Source: Lama glama
Lineage: Eukaryota
Direction: 5' to 3'
NCBI GenBank assembly: GCA_028534125.1
Contig: CM052818.1
Location: 2,358,001-2,422,000 of the forward strand
Length of the DNA: 64,000 bases
The position numbers were made by a program, and so were the translations under genes. Of this stretch, positions 39,370-53,600 are shown piece by piece. Position 1 is the first letter of the stretch, and the number at the start of each line of letters is the position of its first letter. The notes beneath the pieces were generated by a model that saw only the letters and a list, made by a program, of their open reading frames with translations, did not search any database and was not told the DNA's origin.

Positions 39370-39728
39370 AAGGCCCAAATGTCCACTGACATGAACGGAT
39401 AAACAGAACGTGGGATATGCGTACAAGGGAATATTATTCAGCCTTACAAAAGAAGGAAATTCTGCCACATGCTACCACATGGATGAACCCTGGAGACAAT
39501 ACACTAAATGAAATAAGCCAATTACCAGGGACTTGGGGAGGAGGAAATGGGACATTATTATTTAATGGATATAGATTTTAGCTGGGGAAGATGAAAGAGT
39601 TCTGGATAGAGATGGTGGTGATGGTTTTATAACAATGTGAATGTAATTGATACCACTGAACGGTACATTTAAAAATGGTTGAGATGGTAAATTTTACATT
39701 ATGTGTATTTTAACACAATTTTTTTAAA
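39370..39728 (+). mobile_element. Old L1M 3' fragment
   Basis: cccaaatgtccactgac...aaggaaattctgccacatgctaccacatggatgaacc...atggtggtgatggtt. Confidence 0.8.
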
Positions 39729-40479
39729 GTCGATGTGGGAGATGGTGAGGACGCAGGCAGTGGAACTGGGGTCTACTGACCAGTGTCTGGGTGGGGATGG
39801 GGGAGGGGCAGAGCACATCTCAGATCTTAACAAGGATGTACCGGTGGCTAGTGGTGCCTCACCTGGAGAGGGAGCAGAAAAGAAGAGATGGGGCATCTGG
39901 GACTCCCAGAGAGAGATGTGTCCACCCACGAAGCAGGGAACAGGAAATGCCAGAGCAGCAGGGCATCTTTAGACCCTGCAGGCAGCCTCTATGCAGCCTC
40001 TCCTTTAGTCCACAAATAATTATTGAGGACTTGCTCTGGGCTGGGCACTTTGAGAGCCACACCTCATTAGAATACCCATCGGACAAGCACAGCGATAGAA
40101 ATTCATAGTTACCAGCAGAAAACCAAAAGGAGGTAGAAACTGAACAGAGAAAAGGTAGCCCTGGCTTCTGCTGAAGGAAGGTCTGCTTTACTTCTTGGCA
40201 AAGATACCCCCTAACAAAAAGGGTAGGTAAACTCTGAGAACTCTGCTAGTTTCCCCACCAGCTATGCCCTGACTCAACCCTCTACACCCCAAGACTGGGC
40301 AGCTGTCACCCTGCCGTCCCTAACAGAGCCCTAGTCTCTTCACCCTCAAGAACTCCCACCCCAAACTCCATCTTTCTAAATCTTAACTGAAACCACACTT
40401 TCTAAGAAACAAGTAGCCAGGAAGGAATGATGGTGAGTGGGTATACTGGCTGTGATGGAATGCCCTCTGAGAAGGGTAG

Positions 40480-41140
40480 TCCTTAAACTCAAAAGGCCAA
40501 TTAGAACTGGGGAAGATATTTGAAACCATATGACAAAATATTAATATATAAAAAGTCCTTTATATATTAAGAGTATTCACAACTAATAAAGAAAAAGACA
40601 AACATCTCTTCTCTGCAAAACTGGGCAAATTAAAAAGCAATTCAGTAAGAAGTAAATGCAAATAGGTAATAACATTGAAATATCACAAATACTATTTAGA
40701 CCTAAGAAATTGTTTAAAATTTGTATGATAATGCTTTGTGTTAACAGAATTATAAGAAAATAAGCCCTCACACTCAGCTAATGGGAAGGTAAATTTGGTA
40801 CAGATTGTCAGGAGAGTAATTTGGGAAATGCAGCAAAGCCTTAAATATACTATAACCTCTGACACAGCAATGCCACTTCCAGTATTTACCCAAAGGAAAT
40901 AATTAGATACGTGGACAAAAATTTAGTCAGCAGGATATTTCTCACAGTGACAGTATAATTTAAGCATTGGATACAAATATTAATAATTTGAGACAATATA
41001 AATATTCATCAATAGGGGATTGCTTAACTGATTTATGGTGCATCCATATAATCAAATATTATGCAGACATTTTAAAAGGTGTGTAGAGGCATATTTACTG
41101 ACATACAAAAATGCCCCTGATTTATTATTGAGTGAAAAAG
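40480..41140 (+). mobile_element. Degraded L1ME-like fragment
   Basis: acagcaatgccacttccagtatttacccaaaggaaataat and other L1 ORF2-end/3'UTR motifs. Confidence 0.6.
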
Positions 41141-41301
41141 TAAGTATGCAAACACTTGCAAAAAGATACCTGGATGCGATTAATCTCTAGAGAGGAAGGC
41201 AAGTGTCTGGGTACTTCTGGTGGGAGGCTGGGACCGGCAAGGTTCAATTCTTTGACATGGGTAATATATGTATGTGTTCCTTTCATAATTTTTTCATTAA
41301 A

Positions 41302-41543
41302 GCAGGATTTCTCAGCCTTGGCACTATTAATATCTGGGGCTGGATAAGTCTTTGTTTTGTGTTTTGTGTTTTGTGGGGCTGTGCTGTGCACCATAGGATG
41401 TTTAGCAGAATCCCCAGCCTCTACCCACAGTAGATGCAAATATCATCTTGTCCCCCTATCCAGTGGTGACAATCCCAAAATATCTCCAGACATTGCCAAA
41501 TGTCCCCCGAGGAGCTAAATCGTCCCCTAATTGAGAACCACTG
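41302..41543. mobile_element. MER20 DNA transposon
   Basis: ttctcagccttggcactatt...gatgtttagcagaatccccagcctctacccac...tctccagacattgccaaatgtcccc...ttgagaaccactg. Confidence 0.88.
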
Positions 41544-44500
41544 CATTAAAGCATACAGTTCTATTTTACGTACTTACTTGGGTGCTAAATTTCACAACTA
41601 AAATTGTTTTTTTGAAAAAGGGAAAAAAACTTTGAAGGAAATATATCAAATCATTAACAAGTTAATTCAAAGTATCAGGATGGAGGGGCATTTTTCACTT
41701 TTGCCTCATGCCTTTCAGTAATACACCCTTTTTTACATTGAGTACCTATTATATTCACCAAAAGAAAACTGAAGTTTGTTTTCAATACTTTAAAGTCACT
41801 TTTAATATTCAAAAAGCCAGACTGAGGTAGTCCAGTGCCCCTGCAGCCCACCTTCCCCACACAGGTGAGCCACGTGGGCCCCTCAGGGGTGTTTCAGTCT
41901 TCATATGGTTCTATAAAATCCCCCAGGCTCCTGCCCAAAGTCCAGAGACTCCCAGGAGATTGAAGAGAGGTGGGGGCAGAAAGGGAGAGGAGGCGACTGG
42001 AGTGACACGGAGGGACAGAGAACCTGACAGGAGGAGAGGAAGGGAAGGAAAATAATGACTCTTGGGACCTGGCTGGTGGGCCTGGGGGAAGCAGGGTAGA
42101 AAGCTACCTTTCTAGAGCTTTCTAGAAACTTTCTACCAACTAGAAAGTTGGGGCACAGGAGAGCTGACCTTCAAGGAAATAAGATGTTTGAGCTCCAAGG
42201 GAACAGGGTTCCGGTTTTGTGCTTGGATGCATCCCCAGCGCCTCGAACAGCACCCGGCACCTAGTAGGTGCTCAATAAATATTTGTTCAGTGAAGGAAGG
42301 GGCATAAATAATAACATTAGGGTGGAACATGGGCAGGGCAGAAGTGAGGTGCAGATCACTAAACGCCATTGGAAATGAAGCTGCTCATTCGCCCAGATGA
42401 TCAGTCAAAAATACCTACCACGGCCAGATATCCATGGTAGTTTTCATTAACTAATTAATACAAGAACAAAGAGATGATACAGATTCATTAATAGCCTCTG
42501 AAGCCCTGAGGGAGGGAAACCAAAAAAGCGCCCTCGGAGTCCAGCCTCCCAGAGCTCATAGTCTATTTTGGGAGGCAGGTCCTGAAATTACACCCGAGCC
42601 TGGAATGCCAGGAACAACTGTGCGGCAAGCCGGGCGGGCCAGTCCCAGGCACCCGGGGCCGCGGGTGGGAGCCCAGCACGCCACGGGGCGGCTTCTCTAC
42701 AAGCGGCTCGATTCCCTCTGTGCTGTGACTGGCTCCGTCAAGGTTCCCCACCCCTGACTGAGCTTCCAAAACATTTGGAGATTTTTTAGAAATACCTAAA
42801 CATTTCTGGGCTGCTCTTAGCTTCAAGAGACGAGGGATAGGGACGTTGGCAGAGGTCTTTCTTAAGAGCTCACCACGCGATTCTGATGTGCAGCGGGCAT
42901 TGGGTACCCCAGCCTAGATGATCTGTAAATTCTAGGTCTGATTCTAACAGCCTTTTCCCCTAAGCATCAACTCAGCCCCAAACTCCAGCATGAGACCTCC
43001 ATGGGGGGGGGGGGGCAGGTGGGTCATATTTTAATTTCACTTTTCATCACATTTCACATCAATTTCTATCAAGATGTGGTTCCAAAATGGCCTGCTTCTG
43101 GTATGTGTTAAGTGCTGATACTTAGATCACTTAGACTTGCTGCATCAGAACCTCTACGGATGGGACCCAGGAATCTGTCTTTGAAGCACACTCTCCAGAG
43201 GATTCCCAGGCACAGTAAAACATGAGGACCACTGCCCCAGACTGCTGAGATTCCCAGGCACATCTGGAGGATGGCAAGAGGCTGGGCCAGAAAGGGCATA
43301 CATGACAGGGCACTGCCTATTTGTGCTCAGCCCCAGGCATCCTGATCAATAGGACAGGTTGCCACCTTCACAGAGTCATGGGATCCTACCTATGGAGCGA
43401 AGTACTGAGCACAGACCGGCTGGGGTGAGTGTAGTAGCAGCCCTAACAGGGGGCTGTGCATCCAGAGAGGAGAGACTAATGACAGCCAGGGGAATCCTGG
43501 GTGCCTTCCTGGAGAAGGTGGCATTGCAGCCAGGCTTTGAAAAACAAATAGACTTTGAACAGTTGGAGATGGTACATACCATTATATTTCAGTTTTACTG
43601 GGGCTTATCAGTGCAAATAAATAGTAAGCATCATAAAAGGTGGGGAATGCAGAGATGGGGAGAGGACAGTAGCTGCACGTGCCTGGGGTACCTGGGCCAG
43701 GGCAACAGCCAAGAGGGACTTCAAGAGATTTGGACTCAACAGCACTGCCCACTCCAAGTGCTCCCTGCCATGACTCTTGACCTGGACACATCATTGAACT
43801 TCCCCAGTTTTCCATTTCCTTATCGAGGACAAGGAGATTAGTTGCTATCACAAAACTGTTAGAAAACCAGGGAAAGAGAGTAGTGAACAGACCCAAGAAG
43901 TCCAAAGCATCCAAAAGACTTAGAGTGATGTAGGGCCCTGGGCTCAGGGTCACTCAGGAACTTCTTTTCCAGCCAGTGGTGGCTCCATAATTTCTATACA
44001 GGAATGGCTCAGGCAGACTCCAATGGACAGGGGAGAGCTAGGGACCTCGTCCTGAAGCTGCATGTCATAGTAGGCACTCAGGACTATCACCAATTAATGA
44101 AAATAGCCAAGTTTTCTAAAATGTTTTGACTCACACTTTTCAAAAAAGTAATAAAAAGTAAATTGCCCCATAACAAAGAATAAAATCAACAGTTGGTTCT
44201 CATTTTGCCATTCTGTATCTTTCATGTATGGTTATTACCATTTTGGAGTGCTTGGGGAGCAGATGGAGGTCATGAGTCAAAGCTAAAGAACCCCCAGGGT
44301 GCGCCCACCATTTTCAAACTGACTGAAAAACCAGCCACTTGTCCCTCTACGTTTGACCATCTTTTGTGCTGCGTATAATTTTTAATTCCACAAAAGCACA
44401 GGATATGCCTCCTGGTGAGAGGAAAAACCCTCTCTCCTCTCCTTAATTATCTTTCTTTGCAGAACTGAGGTCCTGACTCACAGCCATTGTTCCTTCTCTT

Positions 44501-45099
44501 AATTTTGACAGGTCCTTCCTCTTCCCTTTCCCCTCCTGAGACACCTCCTCCCGTGGGAATGTCTGCCGTGAAGTGGGAACGAAGGGTGCCTGGTGAGAAG
44601 GGGACGGGGTGTGAGTTCTTTGTTGCCTCGGGGAGACCCTCTCTTGTCTATGCATCACGTGCAGGCACTTAAGCTCTTTGCATTTAAAAACAAAATTTCC
44701 AGAACTCTCAAAAGTCGCTGTATAAGACCATAACCGTCCTATTCTGTCCCTTTTCTTCCCAACTGAGACAAGGCCACAAGGCGGATTCAATACAGCCAAT
44801 GTTGAAGGAAGATGAGAGAATGAATGAATGAAATCAAGACACAACTTTCAAAGCACACGGTCTCCACCCACTTTTTAAGCAATCCTGATTCCTCTCTCTT
44901 CTGCACCCATCTTCCAGCCGTACCCACTGCCCGCTGTGGGCTTACAAGTTATTCCCTCTGGATATCGGTTTTAGAAAAGTGGTAGCTGTTGACATATTAT
45001 GGCACTTTGAGTTTACCAAAAGTTCAGGCCACTGTGGGATGTGTGCTAGGTTTCATCTTCCTCACCCCCTCTACAGAAGACAGGACTGAGATTTCTCTG

Positions 45100-46210
45100 A
45101 GATTTCTGTGCGCGCTGACAAAAGAAGAAACTGTGGCCTGGACTCAACTTGGTGCCGGAGCCGGGGCGGCAGACCCGGCGGAGCGCGCGCAGAGTCCGTG
45201 GCGCGGCCGCAGAGCGCAGGGGCGCGGCGGCCACGGGGCTCTCACCTCGGAAAGTCAGGCTGGCGACCGGGTCGCTACGCCGGTCCCTCTTCACACTGGG
45301 GAGGTTGCTGGCCCTCACCAGCTGGCAGCTCAGCATGGTTCGGCCGGCCCCCACCCAGCAAGCGCCGGGCTCCGCGGCAGCCGCGCCAAAGGGGAGCTGT
45401 CGCCTTCGCTGCGCCTCCGCAGAGAAGTCCCGACGCCTGGGAGAGGCCGCGGAGAGGACACCGGACACCCGCTGGGCGGACCCTCCCCTCGGCCCCGGCC
45501 CGGATCCGCCCTGCCCGCGGCGGGCGGGGCGGGGCAGGGGTCAGACGGGCGCCGGCGGCGGGGGCCCCCCTCCGCGGGTCCCCGCCCCCGCCGGGAATGG
45601 AAGCGCGGCTGACGCGGGGCGCACGGCTCGGCTGCGCAGCTGGGACAGGGCCCCCGCCGGCCCGCTCGCGGGAGCCCTCAGCGTCTCGGCTCCCCGCCCG
45701 GCCAGCGCGCCCGGGCCCGGTGCGCGCCAGTGCCGACCTGGCGTCCGCAGCTCTCCTGCCCGCTGCGCCCAGGCCGGCGCGCCGAAGGCACGGGGCGACT
45801 GCGTGCGAAGGCCGGAGGAGCGGGCAGCCCCGGCTGCAGGGACCGGAGGGCGTCCGCGGGAAATGGCAAGCGCTGAAGGAGGGGCGGGCGGAGCAGCAGA
45901 GTGCGCGCTGCGCCCTGAGCCCCCGGCCCCCGCGCCGCTCGCCTCGGCCCGCCTGCCCCTCACCCGCCCTCGGGGCCCGGGCGGCCCGGGAGACTCCGAC
46001 TCGAGGGCTCGCGAGCCGCCCCCGAGCCTTCTCCAGAGCAGTCCGGGGTCGATCGCCTCTGGAGTCCAAATTAATTATCTGGCGTCCCCTGGAGCATAGG
46101 GATCCACCTCCTGCCCATTCGGTCCCCAGCAACATCCCGAACAGCAGTCACAGTCCCCTCGCTCCCACTGTGGGGGGAATTGCTTACAGCGTCAGCCTCG
46201 AGCGGTGACT
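45100..46210 (-). promoter_or_regulatory. DYSF: CpG island / alternative promoter of DYSF exon 1a
   Basis: Very high GC and CpG; clustered GGGCGG boxes (e.g. 45522-45540); boundaries approximate. Confidence 0.88.
45246..45336 (-). CDS. DYSF: Dysferlin alternative first coding exon 1a (DYSF_v1, 91 nt)
   Basis: ATG at 45336; MLSCQLVRASNLPSVKRDRRSDPVASLTFR(G) resembles the known DYSF_v1 N-terminus; donor G|GTGAGA at 45245; same phase as exon 1; inside a CpG island. Confidence 0.95.
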
Positions 46211-46229
46211 GCCCTTAACACGCGTTCCC

Positions 46230-48050
46230 GTGTTACGTCTGGTTCCTTTCCAACTGATGTGAACTTCTTGGCCACAGGGTTCCTGGCTTCTCATCCCTTA
46301 CACCCCTACGGGCACTGTCCTCCCACCTCCCGTCCTCACTAGCTTCCTCACTCAGCCTAAATTCAGTGATCATCATTCTGCTGCACAAAATCTCAACTCC
46401 CTTTCCCCTCTTTTTTTTTTTTGAAGATCCCACATTTTTATGTGGCTAAACCATAACTGGGTGAAATTCAATTCTGCCTCCTCCTTCTCTGCACTCTAAG
46501 CACTAAAGGTGTTGGAGAATAACACAGCTAACCTGCCTGCCTCGCCTTTAGTCACCACCTGACTGCCCCCAGGCAGCCACACTGCATCTCCAGTCCCTTC
46601 GGTCTCCCTCTCTCCTACACAACTTTTTCATACTTTTCTCTCCCCAAACCTGCAACACCCCATTGCTCTGAGTTTGCTTCCTATGTTCCGAGTAGAGAAC
46701 TTCCTCATGCTCCCGACCTAACCCCCAACAGTTTCTGCGCCCAAATCTTTTGCTTTCTCTCTTGCTATTATGAACGAATCATGTGTACTCCTGACTAAGA
46801 CCAGCTGAGCAGTTGGGCACTAGATCCTACCTGCTCTCTCCCGCTCCGTGACAGGTCTGAGGCTGTCCTCTCCCCAACTTTATAAAGGCTGCACCTTCTC
46901 TAGCTGGCTTGTGTCTTCTTCCCCTTGACTCTACCACTCACTCTCATAACGAGGAGGACACTTGCATCCTCTCTGAATCCAAACCGCCTTCCTCTCTCTC
47001 AGTGGAACCCAACTATTCGAGTGCTACCCCCAGCCCTAGCTCTGGATCCTGACTATCTGAGCCCATCTCCTGGCAGTAGCTGTTGGTCTAGCGATGGGAA
47101 TATGTCCTGAGTTGTTCTCCTGAATAGACAAGCCCAACCCCTCTTCTGCTTCTTGAGAATAGGGAAGCATGTAGATCCAATTGCCCGCCAGCTCTAAGAT
47201 GCAGCAGACACCAAGGATGGTAAACCAGAGACAAAAATGGAGTCTGCCTGGGTCCTGGATAACTGCACACTATACGTGCCCAGAGCCCTGCAGGTTGCTG
47301 GATCATGTCTCTGGATCTCACTGGAGCCTAATACTCAATGGAGCTTCCTCCCAAGAGGACTTGTATCAGGAATGAAGATCACTTTAAGGCTGTTTATTAT
47401 TCAAACCTTTTGGAGGTAAGACTACGGTACACATGGTACCATCTATGTGGCCATAGCATCCAAATGCCTCCAGTGAGGCATTTGCACCACCCTCTCCTGC
47501 CTGGGCTGCCTCTTAGCTGGTATTCTCTGGTCCATTGTCCACACTGGAGCCAGGTGATCGTAAAACAAATGTAATCAGGTCACTCCCCTCATAAGATCCC
47601 TCCAAGGCCTCCCATACTGTTGGGATAAAGCCCAGCTCCCTACCTCTGCCTACAAGGTAAGGCTACTCCGCCCCTCCCCCAACGCTCTGAGCTCCTGCTC
47701 CAGTGGCTTCTCAGTTTCTGGAACATGCTGAGATCCCTCCCAACTCAGAGCTCTGCTGTCACCTCCGCCTGCACCTGTCTTCCCCCTTTCTTAAAGAGCC
47801 ACCCCAACTCATCGTTCAGACCTCAGCTTAAACATTATTTCCCTGGGGAGCCTCTGACCTCCTGATCTAGGTGGGTCCTCTAGCAAACTGCACAGCAGCC
47901 CTTCTTAGCACTCGTCCCAATCGTAAGCAGTAACTATTTGTGTGATTACTGCTTTGATGTCTAGCTAGACTGTGGAGCCGGCCAATAAGGGGAGAGACCA
48001 AGTCCGTCTCAGGCAGCCAGATGTTCCCAGTGCATCGTAAGGGCTAGCCT
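46230..48050 (+). mobile_element. Degraded LINE-2 fragments
   Basis: Pyrimidine-rich L2-like motifs (ggagccaggtgatc...aaatgtaatcaggtcactcc; tcagacctcagcttaaacatt). Confidence 0.55.
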
Positions 48051-49606
48051 GGGGTTGCTGTGGTATATTTTGTACTTGGCTCCCCAGTGTCCCTTCCACC
48101 CAGCGCAAGGAGGCTAAGCCAGTGGTTCTCAAAGATGACAGTACTGCCCCCTAGGGGGAGTTTTGGATATGATGAGTTGGGATTTTTTTTTTTTTTAACC
48201 ATCAAGATGATTCCTGCTTTTGCTCCTTTCCCCCAAGTCCTGTTCTAATCGGTCAGAGGTGGCACAGGAAGTCGGTAAGGGCATATCTCATATTTCCAGA
48301 GGAATATTCCAAGGGACTTTTACAAACACTTGGCTGTTGTCCAAGGAACAGAGTCTCCACACAGCTGCTCTGTAAACCAGAAACAAACGCAGCAGCTGAT
48401 GGCCTAAGCCCTGGACACTTCCCAAAGCCTCCCACTTCCCAGCCTGGCTACTGTTCACTTCTCCCTGATTGGATGGCTGACTGTTTCCTTGGAGACGTCA
48501 TCCTGGAGCCCAGTACTCAATGGGGCTTTCTCCCGGGGGGGGGGGCTTGCCTCAGGAATGCAGCTCTTGTGGACAGCGTGCTGAGACCTTACCTTGTCCC
48601 CCTCAAAGACGTTCTCCCTTCCTTCCATACGTATGGTCTGTGGCCACCCACATGGACTACATTTCCCAGAACCCCCTCACAGCTTGACCTGACCAGGAAA
48701 CCAAGTGATGACCAATGAAATGTGAGCAGACGGGGTATGTGAACCTGCCAGCTGTGTCGTGTCCAGCCTTCAGTGAAAACATATCCCAAACCATCATATC
48801 CAAAATCCCCCCTAGGGGGCAGTACTATTCTCTTTGAGAACTACTGGCTTAGCCTCTTCATGGGGTGGGACACTGGGCAGCCAATTACAGTGTCCACTGC
48901 ACCATCCATATTGTCAAAGGGACCCCGGGGGATAGCAGAGCAACAAGACAGAAGGATATGGGGTCCTGGACAGCCTTGTGGGTCAGAACTTCACTAGCCA
49001 GGACTACTTACACATCAGTCATTAGGTGAGTGAGAGAGATCTTTGTGTCCTCCACCATCAGTTAGGGCTCGCTAACCAGCAGCCAGGTCTGCATCCCACC
49101 TAAGGCCACAGGTAAAGGCAGCTCCTTGGCAGCCCAGACTACTCCAGCCCCACTGTGAAGGTGGTAGGGCAGGCTTAGGAGCCAAAGTCAGCTCGCAACA
49201 CGGTGAGGGGACCTGTTTGGAAGCTGAGTTTGCATAGCAAGCCCAGTTTTTAGTCACAACTTCATGTTAACTGCAGTGCCCTTTCAGGGCTGGAAAGAGG
49301 AAAAGGAGGAAGGAACGGAAGCTCTCCCACGTTGCCCATGGGTGTAGTCATGGATGGTGCTGACTGATCATCCCAGTCAGAGGAGACTGGTTGCCTGTTC
49401 TCTAGAGAGTCTAGGACCAAGATCTCCAAGATTAAACAAAACACTGGGCATCAGATGCTGCCAGTGGTGTCCCCGGGAAACAGCCAGCCTATTACCTGTG
49501 GTCTTTGACAAACACGATATTTTATAACAAAATTGTACCTTAATTAAACATAAAGAGATTTTCCATACAGATCTGGACTTATAGCATCTCTTGAAAAATC
49601 AGAGAA

Positions 49607-50681
49607 CACAATGAGCTATCACCTCACACCTGTCAGAATGGCCAATGTCAAAAAGAACACAAATAACAAATGTTGGTGAGGATGTGGCAAAAAGGGAACC
49701 CTCGTATCCTGTTGGGGAGAATGTAAATTGGTGCAGCCACTGTGGGAAAACGGCATGGAGGTTTCTCAAAAAACTAAAAATAGAACTACCATATGATCCA
49801 GCAATTCCATTCCTGGGTATGTAACGGAGAAAAACAAAAACACTAATTCAAAAAGATACATGCACTCCAATGCTCATAGCAGCATTATTTACAATTGCTA
49901 AGTGTGGAAAAAATCTAAGTGTCCACTGACAGATGACTGGATAAAGAAGATATGGTACAATGGAATACTACTCAGCCATAAAAAGAATAAAATAATGCCA
50001 TTTTCAGTAAAACGGATGGAACTGGAGATTGTCATTCTAAGTGAAGTAATCCAGAAAGAGAAATAAAAATACCACATGATATCACTTAGATGCAGAATTT
50101 TAAAAAGACACGAACAAACTTTACAAAACAGAAACAGACTCATAGACATAGAAAACAAACTCATGGCTCACAGGGGTAGGGGGTAGAGGGTAGGAAGGGA
50201 TAAACTGGGAGTTTGAGATTTGCAGATACTAACAACTATGTATAAAACAGATAAACAACAAGTATCTACTGTAGAGCACAGGGAACTATATTCACTATCT
50301 TGTAGTAACCTGTAATGAAAAAGAATATGAAAAGGAATACACGTATGTGTATGTATGACTGAAACATTATGCTGTATACCAGAAACTGACACAACATTAT
50401 AAACTGACTATACTTCAATAAAAAAAATTTTTAATTTAAAAGAAAAAGAAGCAGACTTGCAGATAGAGAGAACAAACTAGCGGTTACCAAAGGGGAGGGG
50501 CAACATAGGGATGGGGAAGTGGGAGGCACAAACTATTGGGTGTAACATAGGCTCAAGGATGTATTGCACAACACGAGGAATATAGCTAAGATTTTGTAAT
50601 AACTATAAATGGAAAGTAACCTTTAAAAATTGTACTAAAAATTAAAATAAATAAAAACTTTAAAAACATTTTAAAAAGAAG
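49607..50681 (+). mobile_element. L1 insertion with two consecutive 3' ends
   Basis: ORF2-end motif tcacctcacacctgtcagaatggc; tails ending near 50445 and 50680; TSD aatcagagaa. Confidence 0.85.
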
Positions 50682-53600
50682 AATCAGAGAAGCTGGCACA
50701 GGAGCACACGAATTTTCTGCCTAACACTGATTATTTGGCCCCTGTGGCTGGAAGTGCGCCCTGTCCACTCACCCTCCTTGCCACCACGCACCCAACATAC
50801 ATGTATTTCCTCCTCTAACCTCATCTTTAGTTACACCACCTCCCAGGCTCCCACACTTGTGAGTTTGTGGTCTCTGTCCTCTTCTGTCATCTCCTTGGGG
50901 TCTTACCCCCCTGCTAATCAAGGAAAGTAGTCAAGGAAGTCAAGGTAGGGGTACTTCCAGTAGGGCCCCTTCTTGCTGTTGGAGTTGGACCCACTGGTCT
51001 CCTCTGGCTCAGTGTCCTAACACCCGGGGCCACGTCCCTGAGGTCTGACATGGGGTGCCCAGGAAGCAAGCAAACCTTGCCCCTCTGCTTCCAATAGGAA
51101 CAGCCTTGAGATGAACACTCTGCGTGGGAGTTTACAGGATTCCTTCAGGGCATATTTGCCAAGGTCCAGAAGCTTCCAAGAGCATGGGTGATCCAATGCA
51201 TCTTCCTGCCCTCGCCCCTCACGTTCTTTGAAGCATCTGTGCCCTGCAGGTATCCCAATCTAAGCGGGCGGAACGGGAGGGGCATGTCCACCAGGGGTGT
51301 AGGGGTGTGGACTGCGCAGGCAGGAGGGATCCTGGCTACAGCTGTGAATACGTGACTGCCGAGAAGAAGTGCCCTGTTGCAGGAACAATCAGATGGCCCC
51401 AGGCATCCATCCCAGTCCACCCGTTTCTAGCCGTGTGTCCCGAGGCTTGGGGCTTGACCCTTCAGAGTCTAATTCCACTTCTGTGAAATCAAGAGAATGA
51501 TGCTTCACAGAGGTGTTAGGAGGATTCGGCCAAACCCTAGTCCTTCCCACAGCGCGCCTGGTGCACAGTCGGGACCCAGTGGATGCTAGCGCTCTTCCTG
51601 TTAACAGTTCAGTCTAATGACCCAAACTAGAAAGAGACTAGCATGCACTGAGTAGAGAAAGAAAGAGACTTTGGTCTGGGGAGCAGGACTGAGGTTTGTG
51701 GGCTCGGGGAGTCACTGGAAGGATACTAATTTCAAGAAAGATCAAGCGCGCTGGCCAGGGCCACAGCCAGCCATCAGGCAAGTGGACAGATGCCTCGGGC
51801 TCAGAAGGGACTGCTCCAGGAGGGGCAGCCAGAGGAGACAGGACCAGGGTCCCTTGGGGGACTCAGCCACTCGGCTCACTGTGCCCAGTCTGGTAGGAGA
51901 GTAGATGGAAAAACAGAGCTGGTAGTAAGACAGACCAGACAAAAAAGATAGTGAAAGGCTTTTGGGATGTGTGCGGTGATTTCTTAGTATATTTACAATA
52001 CATGTTTACTATACTAAGTATAATAAATATATGTATTATCATATCTAATAACAGTAAAAATAGTTAACATGGATTGAGTGCCAGGCACTATTCGAAACAC
52101 TACTCTTCAGAACCATCCCTCCAAAGCAGATCCTACTATTATCAACACTTTACAGATGAGGAAACTGAGACACAGAGGGGTTAAGTAAGTTGTGCAAAGA
52201 CACACAGCTGGAAAGTGGGATCCCAGGCAGTCTGGGTGCAGAGCCAATACCCTCAGCTTCCATCCTTCTCTCCCTCTTGTTTGATGCTCTCATCCCACTG
52301 CAATGTGACCAAGGCTACCGCTTTCTGCACTCCTGAGCCCTTCAACCCCACTCGACTGGCTACGGTTGGGGCCCATGCCCCCTTTCTGGAGGCCCCTGGG
52401 TGCCTGCCACACCCACTGTAGGCTGCCCACCTCAGTGCCCTGTGACCCAGGACCATGGTCTCAGCTTATCAGATCTGGAGCAGCCACCACAGCCCTGCCA
52501 GAGGCCTTTGGATGGCCTGGCATAAGGGTACCACCCAGAGGGAGCATCCTGGGCTGTCTGGTGACTGATTGATCCCAGGAGATGCAGAGACAGTGATGCG
52601 GAAGGGCAGAAACCCCTCTGAGTTCAGAAAGCATCCTCCAGACCAGAGAGTGAGTGTGAGGATGTCTGGGCCCGAGGGAGAAAGGGAGCAAGTGGCAGCA
52701 GGGGCAACGTGTGACATAAGGCGGGAGGTGAGGGGGCCACTGCAGCCTGAGACTGGGCTCTGGGGCATGAGGCAGGCCTGGGTCTACTCCTGCCCCTCCC
52801 CTTTTTACTGCTTGTCCCTTGTAAATCAGAGCTGAGACCAGAGGGAGGTGGTGGAGCAGTTAAAGATGGGGATCTGGAGCCAGACTGTGTGGGCTGGAAT
52901 CCAAACTCTGCTAATTCCAGCATATGACCTCTTTGTGGTACAGTTTTCTCGCCTGTAGAGTAGGGGTGATATTTGCTACCATGTATGGTTGCTAGGAGCA
53001 TTAAGCGTCTATACAAGTGCCTGGTATAAATTATAACTTGAACTTGACAGAGCTCCTAGGAAGTAAGTTCTATTAAGAACAGTGCCTTGCACCCAATAAG
53101 TATAAATCAGTTAAATCTATCTCATTGGAGTGTTGAGGGGTTTTAAGGAAACAGCATCTGAAAACCTTACATTATTTGTGCTCCATGAGTGACCATTCTC
53201 TCTCCTTGTCATGAATACGCACTTTCAGAATCGGAATCCTCGATCTTTTGGTCACCTGTCATACTCTGTGCTCCCCGCGGCCTTGCACGCCCCCCACTTT
53301 GACTCAGCCCGTGCTGGGTACCCCACACACAGCCCTCCCCTCGTGCCGGCTCAGGCCCAGGCTGTCCCGCGTGTGGGCAGCACATGGTATGCTTTCCAAA
53401 GCACTTTCTCATTCACGAGCCCGGACGCTGAGAACAGCAGAGGGCACTGATGACGTGGGTGAGGTGGGGGGTGACTTGGTCACTGGGTGACCTTGGCCAG
53501 GCCCCTGCACTTCTCTGGGCCTATCCACTCATCTGTAAAAGGGGATAATATCCCTGCCCCTTGACCTCACAAAGCTGCTGTGAGCAGGAAATGAATTTAT

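Noticed and set aside
45108..46208. Long overlapping ORFs (366, 316 and 286 aa) on both strands
   Set aside because: Low-complexity Arg/Pro/Gly/Ala translations caused by stop-codon scarcity in a CpG island; only 45246-45336 is recognisably coding
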